Shown here: positions 1-11,393 of the stretch, piece after piece
Layout of the letters: every line of letters begins with the position of its first letter
How positions within the stretch are numbered: the first letter of the stretch is position 1
Assembly: GCA_965153355.1 (NCBI GenBank)
Contig: OZ231126.1
Location: 45,322,001-45,386,000 of the forward strand
Direction: 5' to 3'
Length of the DNA stretch: 64,000 nucleotides
Source of the DNA: Flaccisagitta enflata
Taxonomy: Eukaryota
Notes under the pieces: generated by a model
Seen by the model: the letters and a program-made list of their open reading frames with translations, nothing else
Databases searched by the model: none
What the model was told of the DNA's origin: nothing
Translations under genes and position numbers: made by a program

Positions 1-290
1 TCAATCTCAATGAGCTACTTTTTTGGCATGAAAACATTCTGTCTAATGTCCAGCATCTCTGTGTCAGCGTTTTTGCTGTCCATTGTTAGTTCGTATATCC
101 ACCTTTTGTTTTGAACTAAAATGATTTTGGCATTCATGTGGGATAGGGCTCTCTTTTTCTTCTCCATAGGATCTCTTCGCAAATCTTAGTTTGCAGCTTA
201 CTTTTATACTATTGAATAAGTAGTCCATCTAAGCTTCTATCTGCCTATCTATCTATTCATCTATCTATATATCTATCTATCTATCTATCC

Positions 291-362
<72 letters not shown>

Positions 363-524
363 GTCTATCTATCTATCTTTCTATATCAATCTATATCAAT
401 ATCTATGTCTATATCTATATCTATATCTATATCAATCTATAATATTATTTATCTATCCATCTTTCCACACATCTAACTATTTCTCTGTTTTTATTATTCA
501 TTGATCTATCTATAAATTCATCTT

Positions 525-561
<37 letters not shown>

Positions 562-1187
562 CTCCTTTTGCGAGTCTGGAGCCAAAATGGTGTTCTTTTC
601 TAGTTTTCTTTCACTCTTTCACTCCTTTTAGTTTCATTCTCCCCTTCTTCTTTTGCGCGCTAACGAACTTCATCTTATTTCCATATTTCTACTTCTATTC
701 TAATTCCTTTTTTCCTTTATTTTCTCTAATTTTCATTTCCCTGCGCGATGCGTCGACGATGTCTTCACCGCCAAGGCGCTCTTTGACGCCGACCACACCG
801 CCACTAACCGCTAAGTTACCGCCACTGCTCCCGTGAGTGAAACAACCACTAACCACTAAGCTACCACCACTGCTACCGTCATTAGAAAGCCAATAACCGC
901 TGATGCATCGCCAGTGTGGACGTCGAGACACTGCCAACCCCACAATAGTAACTGCTATTTCCACTACTTATGTCGCCACCCATATCGACAGGCCGCTGTA
1001 ACCGTCAAGGCTATTTACCGTTCTCCTTTGCCACTACCCCCACCCTTTCCGCCACCACTCACCGCACATCGCTCTTGCCGGCATCGCTGACGCCACCAGA
1101 AAAGTCATAATTTGGAATTTTAATGATTCCCTAAATTTTCTTTATTTGAATTTTTTTTTCTTTATTACTCGTCTTTCTTTCTGTATC

Positions 1188-1737
1188 TGTCAAATGGTCA
1201 TTACGCGTCCGGATAACTGGACAGAGCCCCAGCGAGAGAGGAAGAAAGACTCGACCAGATATATGGATATATAAGGACGTGTAATCTGAACAGAGAATAT
1301 AAAACGATGATGAGATATACGCAAATAATAATGAACCCGAACCCAACTGCCCCAGCCCCTTTCTCTGCCCCCGCCGTCTCCTCTTCCTCCTCTTCTTCGT
1401 CCCGTCTCCCCAACGTCGCCGTCCCGTCTCCTCCTCCTCCTCCTTCTCCTTCTCCCCTTCCTCCTCCTACTTCTCCCGTCCCGTCCGTTAATAATGACCA
1501 ATCAGTAGTAATACTAATAATAATTACCTAAGAACTCTTTCGCAGTTATTGGGGATATCCAAGTTATCGGAGAAAATAATATTGTTGAAGGTCTTGTTTG
1601 TGGAAAGAAGAAGGAATGTCGCTATGAAAGAGAAATAGGATATGAGGCTGATCTACCATCATGTTTTGATGGTCGATCAGTCTCGCGTCAATTCTCTTTC
1701 ATCGCTTCGCTTCTTGGGGGGGCTCATGTTATTGACA
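1188..1737 (-). repeat. 3' LTR (550 bp)
   Basis: Same length as 12201-12750, no difference seen by eye, and the ORF track gives identical peptides for both copies. Abuts the PPT. Confidence 0.95.
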
Positions 1738-1756
1738 CCCCCGCCTTCCTTCCTCT
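1738..1756 (-). other. Polypurine tract (AGAGGAAGGAAGGCGGGGG on the minus strand)
   Basis: Purine-rich run directly upstream of the 3' LTR in element orientation. Confidence 0.85.
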
Positions 1757-1999
1757 AAGAAGGAACCCGTGGTAACAGGAGTCCTCCAAAGAAGTGGAAG
1801 GTCTGTTTCCGTCCTTCTTTTATGAACTTGGCCAATTGTTTGTTTGTTCTTTTATTTTGTTTTATTATTATTTTTTTTTTTGTACTGATTGATCTTTTAG
1901 CTTATATTAATTGTTTTTTTTTTTTTTTTTTTTTTTTTTTGGGGGGGGGGAAGGTTTATCCCTAGTTTGCTTGTATATTGTTTATTTATATTGTTAATT

Positions 2000-2247
2000 C
2001 AACATATTTTAAATGTTTAAACATTGTTCGTCAACATTGTTCATTCAATGTTGGGTTTTTAACATTGTTTAATTTAACATTGTATTTTAATGTTTTAGCA
2101 TTTATAAACATTTTATATTATATGTTTTGACATTGTTAACCAACATTGTTATTTTAACATAGTTCATATTTACACATTGTTTATTTGACAGTATGCTATC
2201 AATGTTTTAGCATTGTATTTTAGCATTATTTATTTGACCTTGTTTAT

Positions 2248-2287
<40 letters not shown>

Positions 2288-3260
2288 CACTGAATTGTTG
2301 GAGGGTTTATTTCTAATACTTTAAATTTATCCTGTATTGTCTTTTTATTGTGTGAGGGAAGCTGAGTTGTTAGGACATAGCTGATATTTAACTTGTTTAT
2401 TGTCATTGTTTATTCAACATAGTCTATATTTTAACAGTGTTTGTTTCAACATTGTACTTTCAATGTTTTACCATTGTTTATTTTCAGTTTATTCAACATA
2501 GTTTATGTTTTAACATTGTTTGTTTCAACACTGTATTTTCAATGTTTTAACATTGTTTATTGTCAGTTTTTTCAACATAGTTTATGTTTCAACATTGTTT
2601 CGATATTGTACTTTCAAGGTTTTAACATTGTCTATTTTCAGTTTATTCAACTTAGTTTATGTTTTAACATTGTTTGTTTCAACACTGTATTTTCAATGTT
2701 TTAACATTGTTTATTGTCAGTTTTTTTCAACATAGTTTATGTTTCAACATTGTTTCGATATTGTACTTTCAAGGTTTTAACATTGTCTATTTTCAGTTTA
2801 TTCAACTTAGTTTATGTTTTAACATTGTTTGTTTCAACGCTGTACTTTCAATGTTTTAACATTGTTTATTGTCAGTTTTTTCAACATAGTTTATGTTTCA
2901 ACATTGTTTCAATATTGTACTTTCAATGTTTTAACATTGTTTATTGTCAGTTTTTTCAACATAGTTTATGTTTCAACATTGTTTCAATATTGTACTTTCA
3001 ATGTTTTAACATTGTTTTTTTTTTCAGTTTATTCAACATATTTGTTTCAATATTGTACTTTTAGTGTTTTAACATTGTTTATTTTCAGTTTATTCTACAT
3101 AGTTTATGTTTTAACATTGTTTGTTTCAACACTGTACTTTCAATGTTTTAACATTGTTTATTAAACATGGTTTATCTTTAGGCTTTAGTATTTCTATTGA
3201 ATATTGTTTATCGTACTGTTTTATCATTGTTTATTCGACACTGTTTATTTAATGTTGATT
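2000..3260. repeat. AT-rich tandem array in the 3' internal region of the LTR element
   Basis: Recurrent TTTTAACATTGTTT core. About 75-79 bp units build a ~154-bp higher-order period (2520, 2674, 2829). Confidence 0.85.
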
Positions 3261-4392
3261 TTCTCTAAGCATTGTTTTAGTCTGATTTTTGAAATGGCTT
3301 ATTTGCATTTTTCTATAATGTTTATTTTATTGTCTAATACTTAATGTTAAGTGTTCGACACTTTTTTCATTGAATTCAATATTGTTCATTTTAATCCTTT
3401 GACATAAGATCTTTTCCTTTCCAAACATTTTTAATATTTTTATCTCATATAAATATTTTTTTTTTTCTTTTAGCCTAACTTTGAATTTGTATTAAGTGAT
3501 GTTTGTCGACTACTTCTTAAACGTATTAGTTACATTCTAGGGATAATGTTTTCTCTGTTACCATCGCGTGTTGCGGTCTGGGCGTGATACATTTGTTCTT
3601 TTATTTGTCTTCTCCCGGTAGAGGGTTATGATTGGGGCAAATGATCCCGTGTAGGCTGTTCTGTCATCGCTGTTGTCGTCTTCTTTGTATTTTTTTTTGT
3701 TATAGTTGTTTTTTTTTGTTGTCAAGGATGTTGTTGATGATGCTGTTGTCACTGATTGTTGTTGTTACTGTTGTTTATGTATGTAGTTGTTGGCAAGTGA
3801 TTCATTATGGATCTGTTAGTCAAAAAATTGTCACTACCCTTTGGGTCTGCGTACATTTGTCTGATTGCACGGATTGCTGCAACTTGATGTATTCGTTTGA
3901 ATCATCTTGCTTGTGTATATTGTTTGTTTTGAGCTTTATTTTGTTTGGTTTTGTGTTTTTTGTTTTGTTTTTATTTATTTTTTTTTTTTTCGTTTTTTGT
4001 GTTGAGTTGATTTGATGAGGCGATGAACTAACTTGATTTTGTTTGTTGTGTAGATCAGTGTAGACGAATTGTTTCCTAATGTTGTTGTATTGACAACGAG
4101 AGCCATGACTAAATTTGATTGAGTAACGTTATTGTCTTAAATTTGCTGCGGGTGCTTGAATTGTATGAATGTTAACTGTTTCATTTGATTTGCAACAATG
4201 AAGGAAAGAAATGTTGTGAAGTTTTTTTTTTTTTTTTATGAACCCTGGTTTGTAGGAACATCAATGCTTCAAGTCGCTCCAAAATTAAAACATCATAGTT
4301 ATTCTATTAGTTGCTATCTCTATCTCTTTGACGGCTTCGGTCAAAGATGGTGTTCTAATAAAAAAGGTGCATTCCGTTTTATACAGTTTCGA

Positions 4393-5845
4393 TTGCCCCC
4401 GCCGTTCGAGAAGTGAAAATCTGATAGGTAGAGAGTGTTTTACTACCCTGTGGTTTACAAGAATGATGAAAAATGACTTAATTTTGGGTGCATCATTGCC
4501 CCTGCCGTAAGAACAGTGAGAATTTGTTGGGTGTCTGGCGTATTATTGTCTTTTGTTTATCTAGATAGTGAAATGTTTCAGCATGGACGCTTGCTTGCCC
4601 CCGCCGTTAGAACAGTGGTGTACATGGTAATGCAACAGTGGTGTAGTTGTTTGCCAAACGAATGTTGGCGTGTTGACCAACATTGAACCATCACTAGTGT
4701 TGGTGAAATGTCAAGTTTGTAGACGTTTGATAGTGATGAAATGACAGCTTGTTGATGTCTATTTATGCTGTCTGTCGATGGGCACAAGGGTTAACGCCCC
4801 CACCGTCGAGAATGTTGGACAGGGTAAGAACATTATGAAGATTGAAGCATATTGAGCATTTGTTTTCCAACGGGAAACATCTATGAGGATGTTAGTTATG
4901 CGGGGGTTTAAAGCAAGTTTTTGATGTAGGATTTTAGTCAAGCAGCGCCCCCGCCGTCAAGCATGTTGGAAAGGATGACCTAGTTAGTAACGTTCTTACA
5001 TTCAATGGAAATTGATGCGTATGTTGAGCATTTGTTTTTTGACAGTGATCATCAATGATGGACATTTAGCTATGAGGGACAGAGTTTGTTGTTTGACATA
5101 GAAGGATTTGAGTCAAACCAGCGCCCCCGCCATCCAGCGGAATAAACGGTTAGATTATTTTTGTGTGTTTGAGTATGATAAAGACGTAGGAGTAATGTTT
5201 AATCTGCAAATACTCGATAAATTTCGTTACAATAATGTAGCAAAGTGACAATGTGGCAATGTTACAATGTGACCGTGTGGCAATACGTAATGATGCAAGT
5301 ATTTCGTGTATCAGATCGACATAAATGTGATATCTTCGCGGATTTTTTATTCATCTATTTATCTATTTTGGACCGGTTAATTGGTTTTCTGAGAAATTGT
5401 TTGATTTAGTTAATGTGAATTCCATGCATTTATGACCATTGTTCATAATGGAAAACATAAATAACAGACTGAATTACTCTCCTTTGCGCGCTAAGGAGGT
5501 CAAAGTTAAATCTTGTCATGAACTATCCCTCACATTCTCTCGATGGCATATCACATTCACTCACACATTCGCTTAGGATGTTCATTTGTTCTTTTATTTA
5601 CTTTAATGGTCGCATGTTTACTCGACATCTATTTATAATTTTTATTTATTTATTTATTTATTTTTGTTTATTCATTACTTTTCATAATTTCCCCCCACTT
5701 TCAATTAATGTAATTTGATTGATCTGACCACGAATAGACAACAGACAGTAAATGACAATGCAATAAATGACGGTAAATGACAAGGACAATTAATGGTGAA
5801 ATGACAAATGACACACGAGAATGATCATAATTTGCCCCCGCCGTC
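4393..5845. repeat. Dispersed GCCCCCGCCGT motif array (7 copies) in diverged 100-200 bp units
   Basis: Copies near 4393, 4496, 4595, 4795, 4946, 5122 and 5832. The same motif occurs in the LTR at 1366-1378. Confidence 0.8.
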
Positions 5846-5953
5846 AACAAATTGATAACAGTGATCGTTTGGTTATTTACTCATTTTGTTTAGAGTAAAA
5901 GAGAGTTAGTTTGCATTTTGGTGATGTTGGAAGACATTACACTGTTGTGGTTG

Positions 5954-8869
5954 CTAGAACTGTTGATAAGCTGTTGGTAAGCAGGGGGGTGGTGTTGTAC
6001 AGTAGAACTGGGGAGGCAGTGGAGGCGGTATTGAGGGGTCATACGGTACGGGCAGTTGCCACGATGTTTGTGGCGCCATCGTCGAGTTGATGACTGCGAC
6101 GTCAGATGCCTTTTGTTTTTCTTCGGCGCCTTGATCGTCGTCGTATTCATGGAGGAGTGTTGAGGCGCGTATGTTTAGGAGAAGGAAGTCTAGAAATTGT
6201 CGAAACGTTGGGTAGTCATCCGGTAGTCTGCACGCGTACCATGACCATTTTTCTTTGAGGTGAGGGAGCTTCTTGTTAAGGATTCGCTTGTATACTGATT
6301 CTCTGTCGAAGTCTCCTTCTTTGTTTGTTTCGCACGCTAGGGTGTAAGTCCCTTCCACTTTGAAAATGAATTCGCTCATTTCTTCAAATTGGTGTTTTTT
6401 GATGACACTTCCCTCAATTGTGCTTTGCAGCATGTCTTCAGCTGATTGCTTCCGGTTTCCGTATTCAGCCTTGAGACGCTCAACTGCTTCCTCGAATGCT
6501 GCGTCTGTGTCAGTGCGTCGCATGTAACAGTTGATCCGGGCTAATGCCAGTGATTTGAACCAGTGTTGAAACTCTTTCAGCTTGTCTTTGGTGGAGAGAT
6601 CAGGCATGTCAACGGCGCTGAGGAAATTCTTCATGTGTTCATCAAAATCAATGGATTTGTTGATACCATCAAATGCAATTGATGGTCTGCTTCTTTCTGC
6701 AATTTTTAGCGCCTCAAGACTTGACCGCCTGTTGGGGTTTTTGTTGATACCTGCTGCCTCAAGTGTTGCTCGAGCTGTTTCTTCAGCAACAGCGCGAATT
6801 TCTTCTGCTTGAGGGGTTTCATGTACCCGTGATAGGCTGGAATGGTTTGATGACCGGTTTGATGTCGGTGGTATGGTGGTCTGTCTTCGTTCTTTGTTTG
6901 GCTGAGACTGAGCTTGACTGTGTGTGTCTCTCTGTTTCCGAGTCTCTTTTGGGCGCCCGCTGATTTTTTGTTGGTAATGACTTTTGTGCCCATATTTTGT
7001 GGTTGTTGCAGTTTGAGCAACGGTATGGTAAGTTGATGCTTTAGAAGTGCAGCCACTGACCTCACTGACTGACCGATGTCTGTTTGGTGACCCATCCTCC
7101 GTTCTGTTGCTTGGTGCCATAGATCTGTTGCTCGCTGCCACACTGTTTACCTCCGTTCTATCTCCTCTTGTCTTTGTCGTGTAGAATGTTTGTGACCCGC
7201 CGGATGAGTTTGACATTCTTTCAAGGATGTCACTATGCCTTTCTTGTTCTTTTCGGTTGACTTCTCTTACTCTTTCTCTTGCTTGTTTTGAGCTCAGTCT
7301 GATTGCTTCTTGTAAGTTTTCGTTTGTCTGCCATGCAATTCTTTCTGCCTTCTCTCTTGCTTCTTTTGCTATTTCTTCTGCTTCCTCTCTTGCTGCTCGT
7401 TCACATTGTTGAGACTCTTCTCTCATGGTTCTCTCAAGTTCCTCTTGCTGGCTTCGGATCTCTTCTCTTTCTCTTTCTGCCTCCTCACGATTCTGTCTCA
7501 GTTCTGATGCGGCATTTGATGCGTTAGAGATGGTAGACAATGGCTTTGTGAATCTCTTTGATGAGTGTTTTGCTGAGAGGGCCGTTGATCTATTCGTGTT
7601 CTTGCTTAACCGTGTCGAGTGTGTAGATGGCGCTGCATATCGTGACTCAGTTATCCTGGTCAAGTGCGTTGATGGTGCAGTGTAGCACGACTCGTTGACT
7701 CTGGTTGAGTGTGTTGATGGCTCTGTGTAACACGACTTGGTGATGGCTGAGTTTACCTCGCTTTGTCTGGTTGACCTTGAGTTGACCTTGCTGAAGTTTT
7801 GTTTTTTGTTTTGGGTGGTTGAGCTGAAGTCAGACACCAATGAGCCTGGGTGGTTGGTTGGTTGGGTGGGATGGTTGCGAGTTATCTGGGTAGGTGGGTT
7901 GACCATTGAGAGGTTGGTTGTTGCTCTCTGGGTGGACTGCTTGATCATAGATTTACTGGGGTTTCCTTGGTTGGGTTTCTGAGTGGGTTGGTTGATAGGT
8001 CGCTCGTCAATGGGTGGCTTTTGTTTGGTTTTGATGGGTGGTTGGATGGTCAATTGGGTGGTTGACTTCTGAATGGGTTGAATGGTTTTGATAGCTGATT
8101 TGGAGGTTGACTGGCTGGGTGGTCTTTTTGTGCTTCCTGTCGTTGACTGGGTGGTTGACCGGGTGGTTAATTTCTCCAATGGTCGGTTTTGAGACTTTTG
8201 GCTGGGTTGGGTGGGTAGTTGGGTTGTTTGTTCTCCTGATTGCTGAGTTGGTTGGTGAGAGGAGGTGGACGGATCTGGTCCAAAGTTGACAAGATCTTTG
8301 CTTGGTAGGCGTTTGTCACTGAACTCAGACCCTCCAGCTGTCTGTCCTCGGTCTGACGTGGTTGGTTTGGGTTTGAGTTGGTTGGTTGAGCGTTCATTGG
8401 TTGGTGGTGAACAAATCAAAGGGGGCGTTGAGTCATGATGTGGGTTAGCGTCTTCATCTGAGTCAAGCAGTGATTCGTTTTGGTTGTTCGAGCTACCTGA
8501 GCAGTAAGATCTCGTGACCAGAGATTCTGTGTCGTCTTGCGGCATCGCGGCGTCGACGTTATCTTTGTCGACGGAAGTCGCAGTAGTGGATTTTGAATGT
8601 GGGCCCTTGAGGGATGTTTGGGCATGCTTGAGAGCTTCTTTGAGCTCTGTGCATTTGCGACCTTTCTTTTCTGCTGCCTCAATGCAGCACACAGCCTCTT
8701 CTGTCAACTTGACCAACATGCTGCGTCTCCAAGTGGCATCGTCTTTGTCGCCTTCGGTCTGTGACTCATAGGCCCTTTGCGCAACTTCTTGGTAAATTTC
8801 TGCGTCGCTGAAGAGGTCCCTTGAGAGACGCCGCATGTTTTTGGGGCTTGTTTCCTTATTCTTCGGCAT
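5954..8869 (-). CDS. gag: Gag-like protein, 971 aa: long S/T/P/Q-rich region, coiled coil, C-terminal BEL/Pao DUF1759-like capsid domain
   Basis: Uninterrupted ORF inside the LTR element. Segment FDG...FDEHMKNFLSAVD..LSTKDKLKEF...A...I...AFEEAVERLKAEYG fits the remembered BEL/Pao Gag pattern. E/R/A-rich helical stretch precedes it. No CCHC knuckle. Confidence 0.8.
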   Translation of the reverse strand: MPKNKETSPKNMRRLSRDLFSDAEIYQEVAQRAYESQTEGDKDDATWRRSMLVKLTEEAVCCIEAAEKKGRKCTELKEALKHAQTSLKGPHSKSTTATSVDKDNVDAAMPQDDTESLVTRSYCSGSSNNQNESLLDSDEDANPHHDSTPPLICSPPTNERSTNQLKPKPTTSDRGQTAGGSEFSDKRLPSKDLVNFGPDPSTSSHQPTQQSGEQTTQLPTQPSQKSQNRPLEKLTTRSTTQSTTGSTKRPPSQSTSKSAIKTIQPIQKSTTQLTIQPPIKTKQKPPIDERPINQPTQKPNQGNPSKSMIKQSTQRATTNLSMVNPPTQITRNHPTQPTNHPGSLVSDFSSTTQNKKQNFSKVNSRSTRQSEVNSAITKSCYTEPSTHSTRVNESCYTAPSTHLTRITESRYAAPSTHSTRLSKNTNRSTALSAKHSSKRFTKPLSTISNASNAASELRQNREEAEREREEIRSQQEELERTMREESQQCERAAREEAEEIAKEAREKAERIAWQTNENLQEAIRLSSKQARERVREVNRKEQERHSDILERMSNSSGGSQTFYTTKTRGDRTEVNSVAASNRSMAPSNRTEDGSPNRHRSVSEVSGCTSKASTYHTVAQTATTTKYGHKSHYQQKISGRPKETRKQRDTHSQAQSQPNKERRQTTIPPTSNRSSNHSSLSRVHETPQAEEIRAVAEETARATLEAAGINKNPNRRSSLEALKIAERSRPSIAFDGINKSIDFDEHMKNFLSAVDMPDLSTKDKLKEFQHWFKSLALARINCYMRRTDTDAAFEEAVERLKAEYGNRKQSAEDMLQSTIEGSVIKKHQFEEMSEFIFKVEGTYTLACETNKEGDFDRESVYKRILNKKLPHLKEKWSWYACRLPDDYPTFRQFLDFLLLNIRASTLLHEYDDDQGAEEKQKASDVAVINSTMAPQTSWQLPVPYDPSIPPPLPPQFYCTTPPPCLPTAYQQF

Positions 8870-11203
8870 GATAGCGGTTTTGGAAGGTAACGAGTATGAT
8901 TCGGGGATGAATGAGCAAGTAACATGAAATTTGGGGTACTGTTGATAGAAAAGATGGGTTTTATCAACCCTAACTACGCCTGTTGTATGTGATTAACCAT
9001 GAACACTTTGTATTTGTTGTTTTGTTTAATTGGTGTTTCTCCGCTAGATGGCGTTTTGTCGGATGACGTTGATGTTTGCCAGAATTGGGATGATGACAGA
9101 CTGTTTGGGGGTAAGGGCTGTCTGTTGCACTACGACGCTGATTAAGATTCGCGGGGAGCCGGAAGAGAGAAAAAAGTCGATGTTAGCAGGAAATTTATGT
9201 TGATTTATACAGTGAATAGATGAGCTAAGGTCAGTTAAAGGATTGTCGGTTTATATACTTTGGTTTTGTTCCGTTTTGTGTGGCTTTTTTTTTTTTTTTT
9301 GTTTTTTTTTTTTTTTTTTTTGTTTTATAGGTCTGTTTAAATTTTGTTTGTCTTATTTATAGTTGTATTTGTGTTCCGTTCCTGTTTTTTGTTTTGTTTG
9401 ATGTGTTTTGTTTCTCTAGTTTGTTTCTTGTTTTGTCGGTTTATTTATCTTTGTTTTGTTGAGTTTAAACTCTTTTTACTTGTTGTCTTGTCTCGTCATG
9501 TTTTTCTTACTGTGTTGTTTTATTTGTGTTTTTGTTTTGTATCGATCTGTTGTTTTTGTTTCCATTTGTTTGAGGCCGTTTGTTTTGTTTGTTGTTTGTG
9601 TTTATTGTGTTTCGTTTTTATATGTGTCGGTGATGTTTTATTTCGTTTTCTTTTGTCTGTTTTGATTCGTTTTTTGTTTTGATACTTGTTTCTATTTCCT
9701 TGTTTTGTGTGTTTTGTTCGTTTTGTCTTGTTAGTGTTTTGTTTGTTTGTTATACGTTTTATTGTTTCCTTACGTGTTGTTAGTTTGTTTGGTTTGTTTC
9801 TTGTGTTTGTTTTGTTTATGTTTTATTGTTTTGTTTCAGTCAGTTATGTTTGTTTTTCTTTTTAGTCTGATTTTGTCCTTTTTAATTTTCTCTGTAACGT
9901 TTCCTTTTGTTTTGTTTTGGTTTGTTATATTTGGTTTTGATTGGTTTTGTTTTGTTATTTCCTATGTTTAGTTTGTTTTGTTTCTGTTTGTTCACTTAGT
10001 CGTTTTGTTCTCCTACTTTGTTTTGTTTGTAATGATTAGTTGTTTGTTTGTTTGTTTGTTTTTTGTTGTTGTTTTAGTCCTTAGTTTCGTTTTGTTTTGT
10101 CTTTTCAATGTCACACAATGGCGTCGCGTCGTACTCAAAGTTGGTTGACGTTGATAGTTACAGGGAATGATGATTGGCGTTCAGATCGTCTGGTCACGTG
10201 ATTACCGCGTGATTTGAGGAATATGGGAATGGCGACTGAGAAAAAAAGGCTGCGTTAATGTTACCGGCGGTTCTACCGGTTAATTAGTGCTTCGGACGGC
10301 CATTTGTTTGTTTGTTTATGTACGATGACGCAATCTGACCAGAAACTGCCCACCGGGCGTCGTGTTTCCTACAGCCCAGTAGGCTACGAATATAACGTGT
10401 ATGATTTGTGCCTTTGGTAGCGATAGTGACGGAACTACTCTGTGCGCTTGGCAACAACAATCACGAGACTACTATGTACGTTTGGTAAGACAAAGACAAG
10501 ATTTCTGTCTGTACTTGACACGACAATTACGTGATGCGTCTGGCAATAAAGGTTATGTGGTTACGATGTGTGTTTAACAACTATGGTTGTTTGTAATGAA
10601 CGCGCTGATTTGACCAACTAGCTAAAGACGAGTTTGTCCCTGTCTGCGCGTTTTATTAAACTGATAAATGACTCGATGAAAGTTTTATTTGGCAATGAAC
10701 GAATGTTTTATTGTTTTATAAATCAGGCAATAAATGACCGGACTATGGCGGTACTTCTCAATCGGCGGCACGGCACGACGGCGGCAATAAGAAGAACAAC
10801 GTTACGGTCAAGTTGATGAAGGGCTAATTTGACCGAGAAACGTATAAACGATCGAACTTTGACCGATGAAGTTTGTCGGTGACCGAAAGTCGTCAGTTAA
10901 CTGAACCGGGGTTCGAGAATTTTTAACGATGACGACGAGCGCGGTAGCGGTGATCGAATGCGGTGCGGTTATGTCGTACGATAGTGTCGTTGGTTAATTA
11001 TAACGGGGTACGAATTGTCACGTGATTGGGTAGATATGCGCGGAAACCGTATGATTGATACGTGGAGTTTAAAGTCTGTTACGAGTGTACTCGTTTTCCT
11101 GAATTTAATTTTTGTTTATGTTGAACAGACTGTTATAAGTTTCTGAATTGACATCGTTTCTGATCTTAATTTTTTGTAAATAGAAATTCTCAACTGTGTT
11201 GTT

Positions 11204-11393
11204 CTCTCGACCGACAGCGTTAGACGCAAAGAAGGCTCGGAGAGACTTCGCCTCTGCTGACAGCGTTAGACGCAAAGAGAGCAGTGGGGCGGACTTGTTT
11301 GTTTGGCTTCGCCTCTGCTGACAGCGTTAGACGCAAAGAGAGCAGTGGGGCGGACTTGTTTTTGACCGACAGCGTTAGACGCAAAGAAGGTCG
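11204..11393. repeat. Four copies of GACAGCGTTAGACGCAAAGA, each within a stem-loop
   Basis: Cores start at 11213, 11259, 11320 and 11368. Inner stem GCGT-TAG-ACGC; outer stems differ between copies. Confidence 0.85.

Noticed and set aside
1131-1531. Short ORFs in the LTRs (Arg-rich or Pro-rich)
   Set aside because: They arise from a CT-rich low-complexity tract.
4393-5135. GC-box array as CRISPR-like
   Set aside because: The repeat is only ~11 bp, spacing is irregular, and some spacers are homologous to each other.
5890-6150. Frameshift continuation of gag into pol
   Set aside because: The overlapping frame stops at 5890 and has no zinc knuckle or protease motif.
11213-11387. Leader repeats as a hammerhead ribozyme or a CRISPR array
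   Set aside because: CTGACA-stem-AAAG lacks the hammerhead core G8 and G12 (CUGANGA...GAAA). The spacers are not unique, there are no cas genes, and the context is eukaryotic.
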